From the NCBI GenBank assembly GCA_000002435.2, contig CM018793.1: a stretch of 64,000 bases of DNA, one strand, 5' to 3'. The DNA is from Giardia intestinalis (taxonomy: Eukaryota). Positions 29,251-37,860 of this stretch are shown one piece after another (the first letter of the stretch is position 1; each line of letters opens with the position of its first letter). The notes beneath the pieces are model-generated. The model made no database searches. It was not told the DNA's origin and worked only from the letters and a program-made list of their open reading frames with translations. The position numbers and the translations under genes were made by a program.

Positions 29251-31101
29251 TCATCTTGCCTTTTTCCATCTACTATCTTTGGTAGGAATGCGTACGGGTT
29301 CTGCTAGTTTCCCTTTGCCACGCCCCTTTCCGATTCCTCTGCGAGGCATCATGGGCTTTCTCACTGGGCCCAGCCCTTGTTTCATTGCCCTTGCTGCCCG
29401 TGCATCCGCTCTTCGCATCCGCTCTGTCTTGTGTGACCCGATTGCAAAACTTCCCTGGTAAGTAGAGCGTATTCCCTCTGCATTGGGAAGTAAATAAGAG
29501 GGGACGAATTTCAGGTGCATTGTCATCTGACGTTGTCTTTCTATGAGGGGGTTCGTTTTGATCCGTTTAATCAGGGCCATATCTTTGCTCTGCTGGCTGA
29601 AGTACTTTCGTAAGGAATCTGAAGCCAAAATCTCTGCCTTTATCTCAGAAAGCCGATATTCCTTAATGGCGGAGGGTGTTAGTCCATGCAGCACATCCAC
29701 AACACGGTAGCGGAAGCTCTCCAGGGCTTGGATATTGAACTGAAATGGTGCGAGGAGCTCTTTTCCAAACTCTTCGCGCTGCGCCCGCAATACGTCAAGG
29801 ACGACATCACGATTATCCTTACTATCTTCATGGATAATAGTTATAGCGTGCCCGCAAGGATTGGCGCCACGCGCTGTGCGGCCTATTCTATGGATATAGT
29901 TTATGCTAGACACTGGGCAGTCGAAGTTTAGCACTACATCGACTCTCGTGAAGTCCAGCCCTCTGAAAATTCCGGCCTCCTTTGAGGCTGATGGCGCTGA
30001 TGCTTGCTTCTCTGCTGGGGTGCTAGGGTCATGCTCGGCAGCTTTTGTTGCCATGCTCGAACTATCTGCCTCTTGCACACCTTCAGTTTCCTTATTATCA
30101 GAAGCTTTAGTACCATCTTTGGTATCACTTTTGGTATCATCCTTGGCACTATCCCTGATACTGTCATCAACCGCAATAAGAACATACTCTGCTCCAAGGT
30201 TGTAGCCTTCAATGACTGCTTGCCGAGTCGAGACAGGAAGCTCTGGATTATAAAGAAATGCCTTCTGGCCGAATCGGTACAAGAACAATTTAAGCTTGTA
30301 CGCTGTAGTGACAGAGTTGACAAAGATCACAATGTATCCGCGAAGAATTTGCAGCTTGACAAGGGCATATATTAGCATGTATTTTTTCTCTGTTGTGTCT
30401 AGAGATATTAGATGTTGGACTGGCTGTGTAAGGAGCTTTTGCTCCGTCTCCTCTAGCTTGATAAGCTTTGGCGATCGTAAATGTAGATTGACTATGTTCT
30501 CCAGTTTTTGGTCAAGGGTTGCTGAAAGAAAGAACTTCTGAGCTGACGCGGGCAAATATTCGAGGAGAGCCTCTAGATCGGGACCGTAGTCCATGTCAAA
30601 GATCAAGTCTGCCTCATCGCATACAAACTGGACGATGTTCTTGAGAGAGATCTTGCTGTCTTTGATAAGGTTCATAACCAAAGATGGAGTGGAGATGAGG
30701 ATCTCTGGCATAGACCGCAGAGTAATTGCTTCTGCAGAAGAATTTTCTCCAAGATAAATCGCTGCGCAGGTGACAGTAAATGCGTTGCTTGAAAACTCCT
30801 TTATTATGGCAAGTAGGACCTCCTCGAGCTGGCGACAGAGCTCACGTGTGGGGACCACTATGAGGGCCGTTATGGCGGCCATTGGCTTAACACTCCTAGA
30901 GCGCCCCTGAAGAATGCGATGAAGAATGGCGGTGAGATATATGACAGTCTTCCCGCTACCCGTAAAACTCTGGCAGAGGATATCATTGTGTGCTAAGGCC
31001 TCGGGTATTGCAAGTTTTTGTATAGGTAGTGCCTCATATAAGCCAAGGTTTCGCAGTGCATCGCAGAGTCTAGGATCAATACCGAAGCTCTCCCAATCCA
31101 T
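29251..31101 (-). CDS. DDX56: DEAD-box ATP-dependent RNA helicase, DDX56/Dbp9-like
   Basis: The Q-motif region is FGIDPRLCDALRNLGLYEALPIQKLAIP. Helicase motifs are TGSGKT, VCDEADLIF, LSAT and YIHRIGRTARG. The C-terminal ESFRYRVVDVL...EIKAEILASDSLRKYF...HLKFVPSYLLP matches the DDX56/Dbp9 tail pattern. There is an acidic/Ser-rich insertion. Confidence 0.8.
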   Translation of the reverse strand: MDWESFGIDPRLCDALRNLGLYEALPIQKLAIPEALAHNDILCQSFTGSGKTVIYLTAILHRILQGRSRSVKPMAAITALIVVPTRELCRQLEEVLLAIIKEFSSNAFTVTCAAIYLGENSSAEAITLRSMPEILISTPSLVMNLIKDSKISLKNIVQFVCDEADLIFDMDYGPDLEALLEYLPASAQKFFLSATLDQKLENIVNLHLRSPKLIKLEETEQKLLTQPVQHLISLDTTEKKYMLIYALVKLQILRGYIVIFVNSVTTAYKLKLFLYRFGQKAFLYNPELPVSTRQAVIEGYNLGAEYVLIAVDDSIRDSAKDDTKSDTKDGTKASDNKETEGVQEADSSSMATKAAEHDPSTPAEKQASAPSASKEAGIFRGLDFTRVDVVLNFDCPVSSINYIHRIGRTARGANPCGHAITIIHEDSKDNRDVVLDVLRAQREEFGKELLAPFQFNIQALESFRYRVVDVLHGLTPSAIKEYRLSEIKAEILASDSLRKYFSQQSKDMALIKRIKTNPLIERQRQMTMHLKFVPSYLLPNAEGIRSTYQGSFAIGSHKTERMRRADARAARAMKQGLGPVRKPMMPRRGIGKGRGKGKLAEPVRIPTKDSRWKKAR

Positions 31102-31383
31102 TTTTTAAATTTCAATTATTACAAACTCATACTCATTAGAAAGCTTCTGAATGTAGGAGTCTGCGCTTTCTCCGGCCAATATATTTATGTTCCGCCAGTC
31201 TAAAAAGCAGCTCGCATGCAGTTTCTGATGGATAGGATGTGGCTTTCTGTGATCGGGGCCACAGAATCGAAACGACAATCAAGAGTGTCATACAGTATTA
31301 CCATTCGCTCATCATTATGTTGGATTAATTGGCCTGTAGAGAAGCATTATCACGAATGAATCACCTTGCTTCATCATTTGGAA

Positions 31384-33771
31384 TTACTTTACAGGGCCAC
31401 TTGCATCATCCTTGTTGCTCATTTTCTTTTCAAAAAGTGCATATAAATTGCTTATGCTTTCAATCTGTTTCATCAATATAGAATTTCTAATAAGAATGTT
31501 ATCATATCTTGATAACTCGGCTGTAAGCTTATTAAAGACCATCACATCCTCTGGTATTAGTGGATCCGGTGATATCAGTGAAGCAGATTTATCGGCGGTC
31601 TCTGCCTCTACCTCCAGGGTGTCATGTAAAAGAGCTACAGAACCAGTGGCTCTTGAGCAGTTTTCAGCGTTCTGGATCGTATCCTTTGGCGGCTTCCTGC
31701 ACAGCTGATAGCTAGATTTGCATGGCTTACAGCAGCACATAAAGCACCTGACACACAGTGGGCAAAGCCTCACAAAAAGGGGGACAAAAATGATGAGTAG
31801 GATGATTGACATGATAAGCAAAAGAATTCGCCCAACCCTCGTCGTAAAAAACAGCCTTACAATTTCAAAGAAGCCCTTCCCCTTCAGCTTTTCAAAGAAC
31901 TCTATTACGTCCCGGAAAACTGTGTTTTTCCACGACGGAACTTCAGGATCAGCAAAAACAAAGTCGTCGAGACACATGTAAAGCTTGTTATCTTCACGCG
32001 TTTCATAGCGTGTTGCTCCCTCTGGGCAGACGCATGGAACTGCCAAAATGTTGGTGCTATTATTTTTCTTTCCCTTTCCACAATCTACAGAAATATTAGT
32101 AAATGGTATGTACTGAGGGATGAAGAGATCGTCTGCGCTTACCCCATCTTCCGCTGCCTTCTCCTCTGTGGATATGCACACGCCTCTTATGGACGAGAAG
32201 TATGGACGAGAATGTCCATACTTAGCTAGGCAGTCGACCGGCCTGCATGACGGAATATCACCCATTTCCATGGTCTGATCACATGAGCAGGCGACTAGGC
32301 ATACAAGGGTGGATGTTTGTGGAGCTGTAAATCGTATGTCTGGGTCTACACACTGTACAGGAGAGTCTATCCTCACGTAGGTTCCTGGCGCATATCCAGA
32401 TACTGTCCCTAGCCAAGAGATAGTGGCTTCGCTAGTAGCCGCCTGGGACTCGCTTTCGGGCCCCGCGGCTTGGAGAAATTGTATACTACACCTTCCTGGG
32501 CTCAAAGCAAGAGATTCGGCAACGATGACATTTGCCGGGCTCGTCAGCAAAAAGCTGTAGATGGCTGTCTTATCCACGTCAATGAAGTGCTTGATAGGCT
32601 TTCCTGTATAAGTAAAGGACCCAACGATTGGAGAGCTCGAAATGCACCGAAGAAGCTTGACTGTCACTACTCCCGGCATCATGCCTTCGTTCCCAACTGT
32701 AATGTTCAAGATGGCCTGCCTGCGGACGAGACTCACTACCGATTGAAGCACAACCGGCTTGCCTATGAGTTGTGTGAGCGTGACACTGTCTGCTGAAATG
32801 TGTAGACTAAATGCCAATAGAAGAATATCATCGCTGCATGCATACTTTACGGTTTGTGCTGAATCGCCACTCATGTTACACCCCTCTACACAGTTGCAAT
32901 TGCTTGGCAAATAAGGTGAATCATCCCTGTAGTTTAGTAGCTGATCGGCAGGAAACACGTCAGGGGTTGGCGGACTGCCTATGAATGTCAGCTCATTCGT
33001 CCTGGTGCTAGAGTCTGAAGCTATAACGGCTCTCTTCCAGACGCTCGGGAGCATGCCCAGTAAGTTTGTGCCACCAAACCCGACAACATCAAAAGGCACT
33101 GCCATGCTATTGAGCACTCCCTCGTTTTCCCTGTGTATCACGTAGCAGCCAAAGCAGAACATGTTATTTGTGGAGCCTGTGGAAACAACCACGGTCTGCA
33201 TGTATGAATTTCCATCTATGACAGGTCCCTTCTTGTTGTGCTCGTTGAAGATGACGTCATACTTGTTAACCGTTCCGTCTTCCTCCTCAATGGTTATGAC
33301 AGCAGTCACTGTGTATGATAAACGTGGGAGACCTGGCTTCCACACTTTGTGTGGGTCGACCTGCTGCAGTTTGCGAACCTTGTTCCCATAGGGCGTTCTT
33401 TTGCAGTGGCCGATATTTGTATCCGTGAAGTCTGGGCATCGAAGGGTAGTGATTTCTAAGGTCTCTGCAGCATTATACGCATCGAAGCGCTTGGCATAAT
33501 CTATGACTGCGCGCGCTTCCATCTTGATGAGGACCTTCACCAGGGACTTAAGCTCCCATCGACTGACAACGTGCCCATCCTTATCGACGATCTGGTAAAT
33601 CTTAGACGTGGTATAGGAAAGCTGCTTGTCGTAAGCATCTGACTTAATCTCGCCATAGATGGAGACGTACTGCTTTCCGTCAGACGTTATGATCTCACTA
33701 TTGATGCCTTGAGTCGGCTCGGTAGCAAGCGCTGACCACAAGCAAACAGCCCAAATGCACGATCTAATCAT
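31384..33771 (-). CDS. type I membrane protein, candidate HAP2/GCS1-like fusogen
   Basis: Signal peptide MIRSCIWAVCLWSALA, a ~620-aa Cys-containing ectodomain, one TM (nt 31768..31833), and a juxtamembrane Cys cluster CPLCVRCFMCCCKPCKSSYQLC. ITTLRCPD...C, KVWKPG...SYTVTAVITIE, ADQLLNYRDDS, ISADSVTLTQLIGKPV and ILNITVGNEGMMPGVVTVKLLRC occur in the same order as the plant HAP2 blocks. The ORF itself is secure. The family call is tentative. Confidence 0.45.
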   Translation of the reverse strand: MIRSCIWAVCLWSALATEPTQGINSEIITSDGKQYVSIYGEIKSDAYDKQLSYTTSKIYQIVDKDGHVVSRWELKSLVKVLIKMEARAVIDYAKRFDAYNAAETLEITTLRCPDFTDTNIGHCKRTPYGNKVRKLQQVDPHKVWKPGLPRLSYTVTAVITIEEEDGTVNKYDVIFNEHNKKGPVIDGNSYMQTVVVSTGSTNNMFCFGCYVIHRENEGVLNSMAVPFDVVGFGGTNLLGMLPSVWKRAVIASDSSTRTNELTFIGSPPTPDVFPADQLLNYRDDSPYLPSNCNCVEGCNMSGDSAQTVKYACSDDILLLAFSLHISADSVTLTQLIGKPVVLQSVVSLVRRQAILNITVGNEGMMPGVVTVKLLRCISSSPIVGSFTYTGKPIKHFIDVDKTAIYSFLLTSPANVIVAESLALSPGRCSIQFLQAAGPESESQAATSEATISWLGTVSGYAPGTYVRIDSPVQCVDPDIRFTAPQTSTLVCLVACSCDQTMEMGDIPSCRPVDCLAKYGHSRPYFSSIRGVCISTEEKAAEDGVSADDLFIPQYIPFTNISVDCGKGKKNNSTNILAVPCVCPEGATRYETREDNKLYMCLDDFVFADPEVPSWKNTVFRDVIEFFEKLKGKGFFEIVRLFFTTRVGRILLLIMSIILLIIFVPLFVRLCPLCVRCFMCCCKPCKSSYQLCRKPPKDTIQNAENCSRATGSVALLHDTLEVEAETADKSASLISPDPLIPEDVMVFNKLTAELSRYDNILIRNSILMKQIESISNLYALFEKKMSNKDDASGPVK

Positions 33772-34051
33772 ATAGTAACTATTTGCAGATCCACACGCTC
33801 ACCCGTCCATAGCGGTTCGTTTCCGGATTGCTCGTTTCCAGTTGTAAATTAATTTAAAGTGAATTCTTCTCAAGTTTTTACGCGGTGTCGAGAATGATGA
33901 GACGTGTTCCTCTCTCCTACAGACTCCCTGGGGATGCTATGTACACCTTACTGATTTACTTTCCTTTTCTCAAGGGCCATTGTGTCGTGCCATTGTGTTT
34001 TTGCGGGGCTTAGTGGTTCCCAGTGCAGTCGCCCGGATCCGGCAGGACCTA

Positions 34052-35251
34052 CTACTCTCTATCATCGTGCTTGAACCCAAACTCAGAGAGAGCAATCTCG
34101 AGAGCCTTGATCCCTTCGATGTATTCTTTCACTGCCTCGGAGTCAAGGAAGTAGCGGCGGGGGGTCATGACCTCCGTTGCGAGGATTTCTGCGGTGGCAG
34201 TCGCGCTGCGTGTGTCGTATTCTTTGCCGCGCAGAAGTTCGTCGCGCCTCATAGTGAAGAATTTGATGATGTTCGTGGCCTTGTAGAGGGCCAGCTTGTA
34301 CTCACTGGTGCCACTGTTGGTCCCGTGCTTGGCGGGGAGTGATTGCATACTTGTAGACCCATCGACACCGTCTACCTGCTCAAGAACAGCTCCGAGCCCG
34401 GTGCTTTGCTGAAGTTTCTGGGTTGTTTCTTGTATCAAGCTCCGAATTCCTGTGTGTGCAGCGCGTATTATCTGTGTCTTATCGTGCAAATCTCGAGATT
34501 GCTCGATTTTAAAACGCTCTATGTTGTCCAAGAGATCAGCCTCTCTTTCGTTAAGGATCTTCCGGAGGCGCTCAAAGCCTTCTCGAGTGCGGGATCGGAC
34601 AAGCTCAACGCTCTCGTTAAGCTCATCTGTAGACACTTTTAGGCTTTCGAGGGCCTGCTCCAAGTCAGAGCTCTTCTGCTGAAGAAGATCGAGGGCAGAA
34701 GACATTTCCAAGCGAACCACGGACAGCCCCTTGGCGACACTCTGAACAATGTGGTCCGGCCCAGGTGGATGGGAGCCGCTGACAATGCAATAAATACAGC
34801 ACAGCTCTTGGCACGTGGCGCAAATGTGCGTCGTCACTTCTGCTTCATGGTACTTGCACATGACAGGAGGCATGTAGTCCAATGCACTGACGCGCTCATG
34901 CCTTACAAAGAGTTTGTTATGGTGGATATTAGCTTCGCATCGACTACAAAGCCAGCCTTGGCAGTTCAAGCAGAACACGGATGCCCCTGCCTCTTGACAG
35001 CTGTCGCAGAGGTGCTGCTTTCCCACAGACCTCTGTGATGTTGCGCCAGATATTAAATTACCAAAGCCCGATGCTGAAATATGCGGTTCAGCAAGATCCT
35101 CGGGCATTTTTGCCTTGGATGCCACGCGCTTCTGGGTCGGTCTGGGCGGCGAACCCTTAGTCTGCGCAAGGGGCATGATGCTCTCATAGCTTTCAGAGTG
35201 GCTTCCAGGAGACTGCCGATCAACAGACGAACGCGTCCTCGCGGCTTGCAT
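34052..35251 (-). CDS. tandem B-box zinc-finger + coiled-coil protein (TRIM-like, no RING)
   Basis: B-box 1 is CDSCQEAGASVFCLNCQGWLCSRCEANIHHNKLFVRHERV and B-box 2 is CKYHEAEVTTHICATCQELCCIYCIVSGSH (nt ~34748..35008). A long helical region follows (LDLLQQKSSDLEQALESLKVSTDELNESVELV). Confidence 0.7.
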   Translation of the reverse strand: MQAARTRSSVDRQSPGSHSESYESIMPLAQTKGSPPRPTQKRVASKAKMPEDLAEPHISASGFGNLISGATSQRSVGKQHLCDSCQEAGASVFCLNCQGWLCSRCEANIHHNKLFVRHERVSALDYMPPVMCKYHEAEVTTHICATCQELCCIYCIVSGSHPPGPDHIVQSVAKGLSVVRLEMSSALDLLQQKSSDLEQALESLKVSTDELNESVELVRSRTREGFERLRKILNEREADLLDNIERFKIEQSRDLHDKTQIIRAAHTGIRSLIQETTQKLQQSTGLGAVLEQVDGVDGSTSMQSLPAKHGTNSGTSEYKLALYKATNIIKFFTMRRDELLRGKEYDTRSATATAEILATEVMTPRRYFLDSEAVKEYIEGIKALEIALSEFGFKHDDRE

Positions 35252-35285
35252 TAAAATTCAAAATTCTTGGTTAAATGAAGTTAGA
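35252..35285. promoter_or_regulatory. 34-nt AT-rich bidirectional intergenic promoter region
   Basis: The divergent ATGs at 35251 (-) and 35286 (+) are separated only by taaaattcaaaattcttggttaaatgaagttaga. Confidence 0.5.
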
Positions 35286-35672
35286 ATGAAGTTTGTACCT
35301 CATGAACGAGGCGGCCTGGGGCCAGATCTAGACCGTGAATGCACACGTGAAGCTCGCGAGAAGCGGACAAAACAACAGGAGTATGCAAGGCGTCTCCGCG
35401 AAACGATCCAGGATCTTCCCAAGCGGGTGGAGAAGCCTCCACGCAAAACGGAGGCCGAGTTGAAACGCGAGAGGCAGCAGGAGTATGCGAAGAACATACC
35501 AAGACCAGCTGTACGTCCTCAAACTGACAGAGAAACCATTTCCCTCCCTCCTCTTAGAAAGTCTACAACACAGGAAGAGAGGCCCATTGTAAAGCTGATG
35601 GACATGCTTGAGCAGCACGACAAGATGCTGAAAGAGTGCGCAGAAATCTACGCATACTTCGGCCTGCAGTGA
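35286..35672 (+). CDS. small basic charged protein (128 aa), unknown function
   Basis: ATG at 35286. K/R/E-rich with a duplicated QQEYA(R/K) motif (KQQEYARRL, RQQEYAKNIPRP). No family assigned. Confidence 0.5.
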   Translation: MKFVPHERGGLGPDLDRECTREAREKRTKQQEYARRLRETIQDLPKRVEKPPRKTEAELKRERQQEYAKNIPRPAVRPQTDRETISLPPLRKSTTQEERPIVKLMDMLEQHDKMLKECAEIYAYFGLQ

Positions 35673-35689
35673 GGCTACAGCTCGGTCAA

Positions 35690-37537
35690 CTAGGGCTCCA
35701 TTATATACCCTTTAGTGTACGTCATTGTGAGAACTATAATCCCGCAAATCAATACTGTTGCAGCAATACTCGCAGAAATAAGTCCACTTTCAAAGTAACT
35801 TTCTTTTATAAATATGTATTGATACTCCTTGTGAATATCCGCAGCGGGCGCTCCAGAGTCAGTGGGGCGGAAGGAAGTCTCGGCATATACGCCGGTACCG
35901 TTTTTGTAAGCTTCCAGGACACTTTTCAGCTTGCTAGAACAGCTTCCTGTCACGTAGTACTCGATATCCTGCTTAGGAACGTTTTCAGACGAGTATACTC
36001 CCCGCTGATACATTGTATCGCAAGTAAATACTAGTTCTTTGCCCCTCTTGTACTCTGTCTCCCCAGACATTCGCACAAAAAGCCTTTCCAAAGTGATTGC
36101 TGAAATGCTAGTGCCAGAGTGGATGTAGATGTCTAAAGTAACTTCTGTCATGCCCTCAGCAACGGGGCATTCCGCCGGGGATCTTCCGATGGGTCGTAAT
36201 ATGGCCAAATTAGTTGCCACGACAAGGGTAGCCCTGGAAAAGCATGTTCGCTGAACACTCCCAGGATAGGGAATAATGGTCTCGGGAAGAGCTTTTCCTG
36301 AAAAGTACTGTAAGGTGAATGAACCTGTCAACGACAGATTGCCAGCCAGCAGCCTATTCATATCTCTGAGGCATGTAACAGTGGTGCATGGAAGGAACTG
36401 CTTTGTCCGTTTGAATGTAAAGTTTGAATTTTCGAGGGATATCCTAATAGTAGGTGCAAGTAACGAGGTGTCCTGTGCAGTTGTAAGCTCTCCGCAGACG
36501 ATGATTTTATGGTAGTCTATTAGGTCGTTGCAGATTGAAGCGGAATCACGTTCAAGAAGCACAGCGAGGACCCCAAAGTAGACCTGCACTATAACAGACT
36601 TATAGCACTTAGAGTACCCTGCGCTGGCCTTGACAGCAGAGACAATCCCTGCTTGAGCAACTGTGCTTGGGGTCACCACTTCTACCTGAGGATCTGAAGA
36701 TGAGACCGCTGTGGGGGTCTTCGACTTTGTCGTACCAGGAATGGGCACATAGACAATCAAGGTTGCAGACCACGCTGTCTCCACCTTGAGGATATCAATA
36801 AGCTCTATGCATCTATCGTATTTGTTTGAATTAGTAAGCCAGTCGTTACCAGGGTAGCGAACCCCGTTGCATGAGTAGCAAAATTGAGTTACTAAATTAT
36901 GGGTATACGGTCTGATAAAGTTGGGTAGTTGAGCATTTGTGCCATGGGATGATAATGTTATGTTTAGATAAGCATCCGGTAGTGTATCCAGATGAATCAA
37001 CATGAAGGCCTCATAAGTATTCTGCAAATTAGTGTCCTTGGGCAGGTCGCAGTCCGAAGGAGTCACTAAAAAGCATATCTCCTTATTGAAATAATCCACC
37101 GAGACCCTAGGATCCGTCCAGCAAGCAGAGTTATTCGTGAGAGTGTAGTAGACATTGGTTGTTACTAACGAGACCTTCGAGCTAGCGTAGTTGAGTTCCA
37201 CCTGGACCACTGTAGACCCAGTGAGATTTGTCTGGCAATCTGAAGTGGCTGTTTTATCTGTTGGACAGGTAAATGTTAGTAAGTTAGGCTGCTCCATACT
37301 CCAAAACGGAACACTTATCGATGAAAATGTGTACGACCCTACCATGGCAGTGGCCGTCATCCCTGTTGTGCCCTGGAGGATGGAGCAGTCGGCGGTCTGG
37401 TGATTTAGTGGCAGCGGCCAGACTGTAATTGCTAATGAATGCTTGTTAAGCAAAATATTAACGGTGGTGTTGGGGGAAAAGCAGCTTAGAGCACTTATGG
37501 TGGCAAACAGGCCCTTTAAAGCCAAGAAGATGAGCAT
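35690..37537 (-). CDS. type I membrane protein, unknown function (615 aa)
   Basis: Signal peptide MLIFLALKGLFATISALS, a long beta-rich-looking ectodomain with scattered Cys and many N-x-S/T sites, and a C-terminal TM LISASIAATVLICGIIVLTM with a short tail. caaaaaa lies just upstream of the ATG. Confidence 0.65.
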   Translation of the reverse strand: MLIFLALKGLFATISALSCFSPNTTVNILLNKHSLAITVWPLPLNHQTADCSILQGTTGMTATAMVGSYTFSSISVPFWSMEQPNLLTFTCPTDKTATSDCQTNLTGSTVVQVELNYASSKVSLVTTNVYYTLTNNSACWTDPRVSVDYFNKEICFLVTPSDCDLPKDTNLQNTYEAFMLIHLDTLPDAYLNITLSSHGTNAQLPNFIRPYTHNLVTQFCYSCNGVRYPGNDWLTNSNKYDRCIELIDILKVETAWSATLIVYVPIPGTTKSKTPTAVSSSDPQVEVVTPSTVAQAGIVSAVKASAGYSKCYKSVIVQVYFGVLAVLLERDSASICNDLIDYHKIIVCGELTTAQDTSLLAPTIRISLENSNFTFKRTKQFLPCTTVTCLRDMNRLLAGNLSLTGSFTLQYFSGKALPETIIPYPGSVQRTCFSRATLVVATNLAILRPIGRSPAECPVAEGMTEVTLDIYIHSGTSISAITLERLFVRMSGETEYKRGKELVFTCDTMYQRGVYSSENVPKQDIEYYVTGSCSSKLKSVLEAYKNGTGVYAETSFRPTDSGAPAADIHKEYQYIFIKESYFESGLISASIAATVLICGIIVLTMTYTKGYIMEP

Positions 37538-37860
37538 AAGAGGGGTTTTTTGAAATCACTTATGCCAAGTAAACGGTCTCCGGAGGAGTGGAAGCAAACA
37601 GATTGATGCGTTGCTCTACAAGGCAGGCACTTCTGTGGTACTTTTGTAGCGGCACTTAAGGCCACATTCCTCGGCTATTGCCTGCTACTTTTTGGAAAAA
37701 ATCATTATCCCCTCCCCTCAGTCATCTGGGCACACGCACCTCAGAGCAACATGAAGAAAGCGAAATACTAGGAACGCCATTCAACATGCAATTAGGTATT
37801 TTAAAAACCTTATCGAAATTAAATTAAAATTTGGGAATACAAAGCCAAATCGCAAAAGCC

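Noticed and set aside
29219-29461. 80-aa + strand ORF immediately after the Spc24-like gene
   Set aside because: It overlaps the conserved C-terminal basic tail of the minus-strand DDX56-like helicase, starts with a non-ATG codon and has no motif.
37831-37860. N-terminal extensions from the ORF track's non-ATG starts (also 5940-5990, 18507-18539, 25001-25051, 49841-49867, 54589-54684, 59307-59357)
   Set aside because: These track starts are TTG, GTG or other non-ATG codons (prokaryote-style alternative starts). In each case the first ATG downstream is adjacent to or shortly downstream of an AT-rich initiator and/or begins a sensible N-terminus such as a signal peptide.
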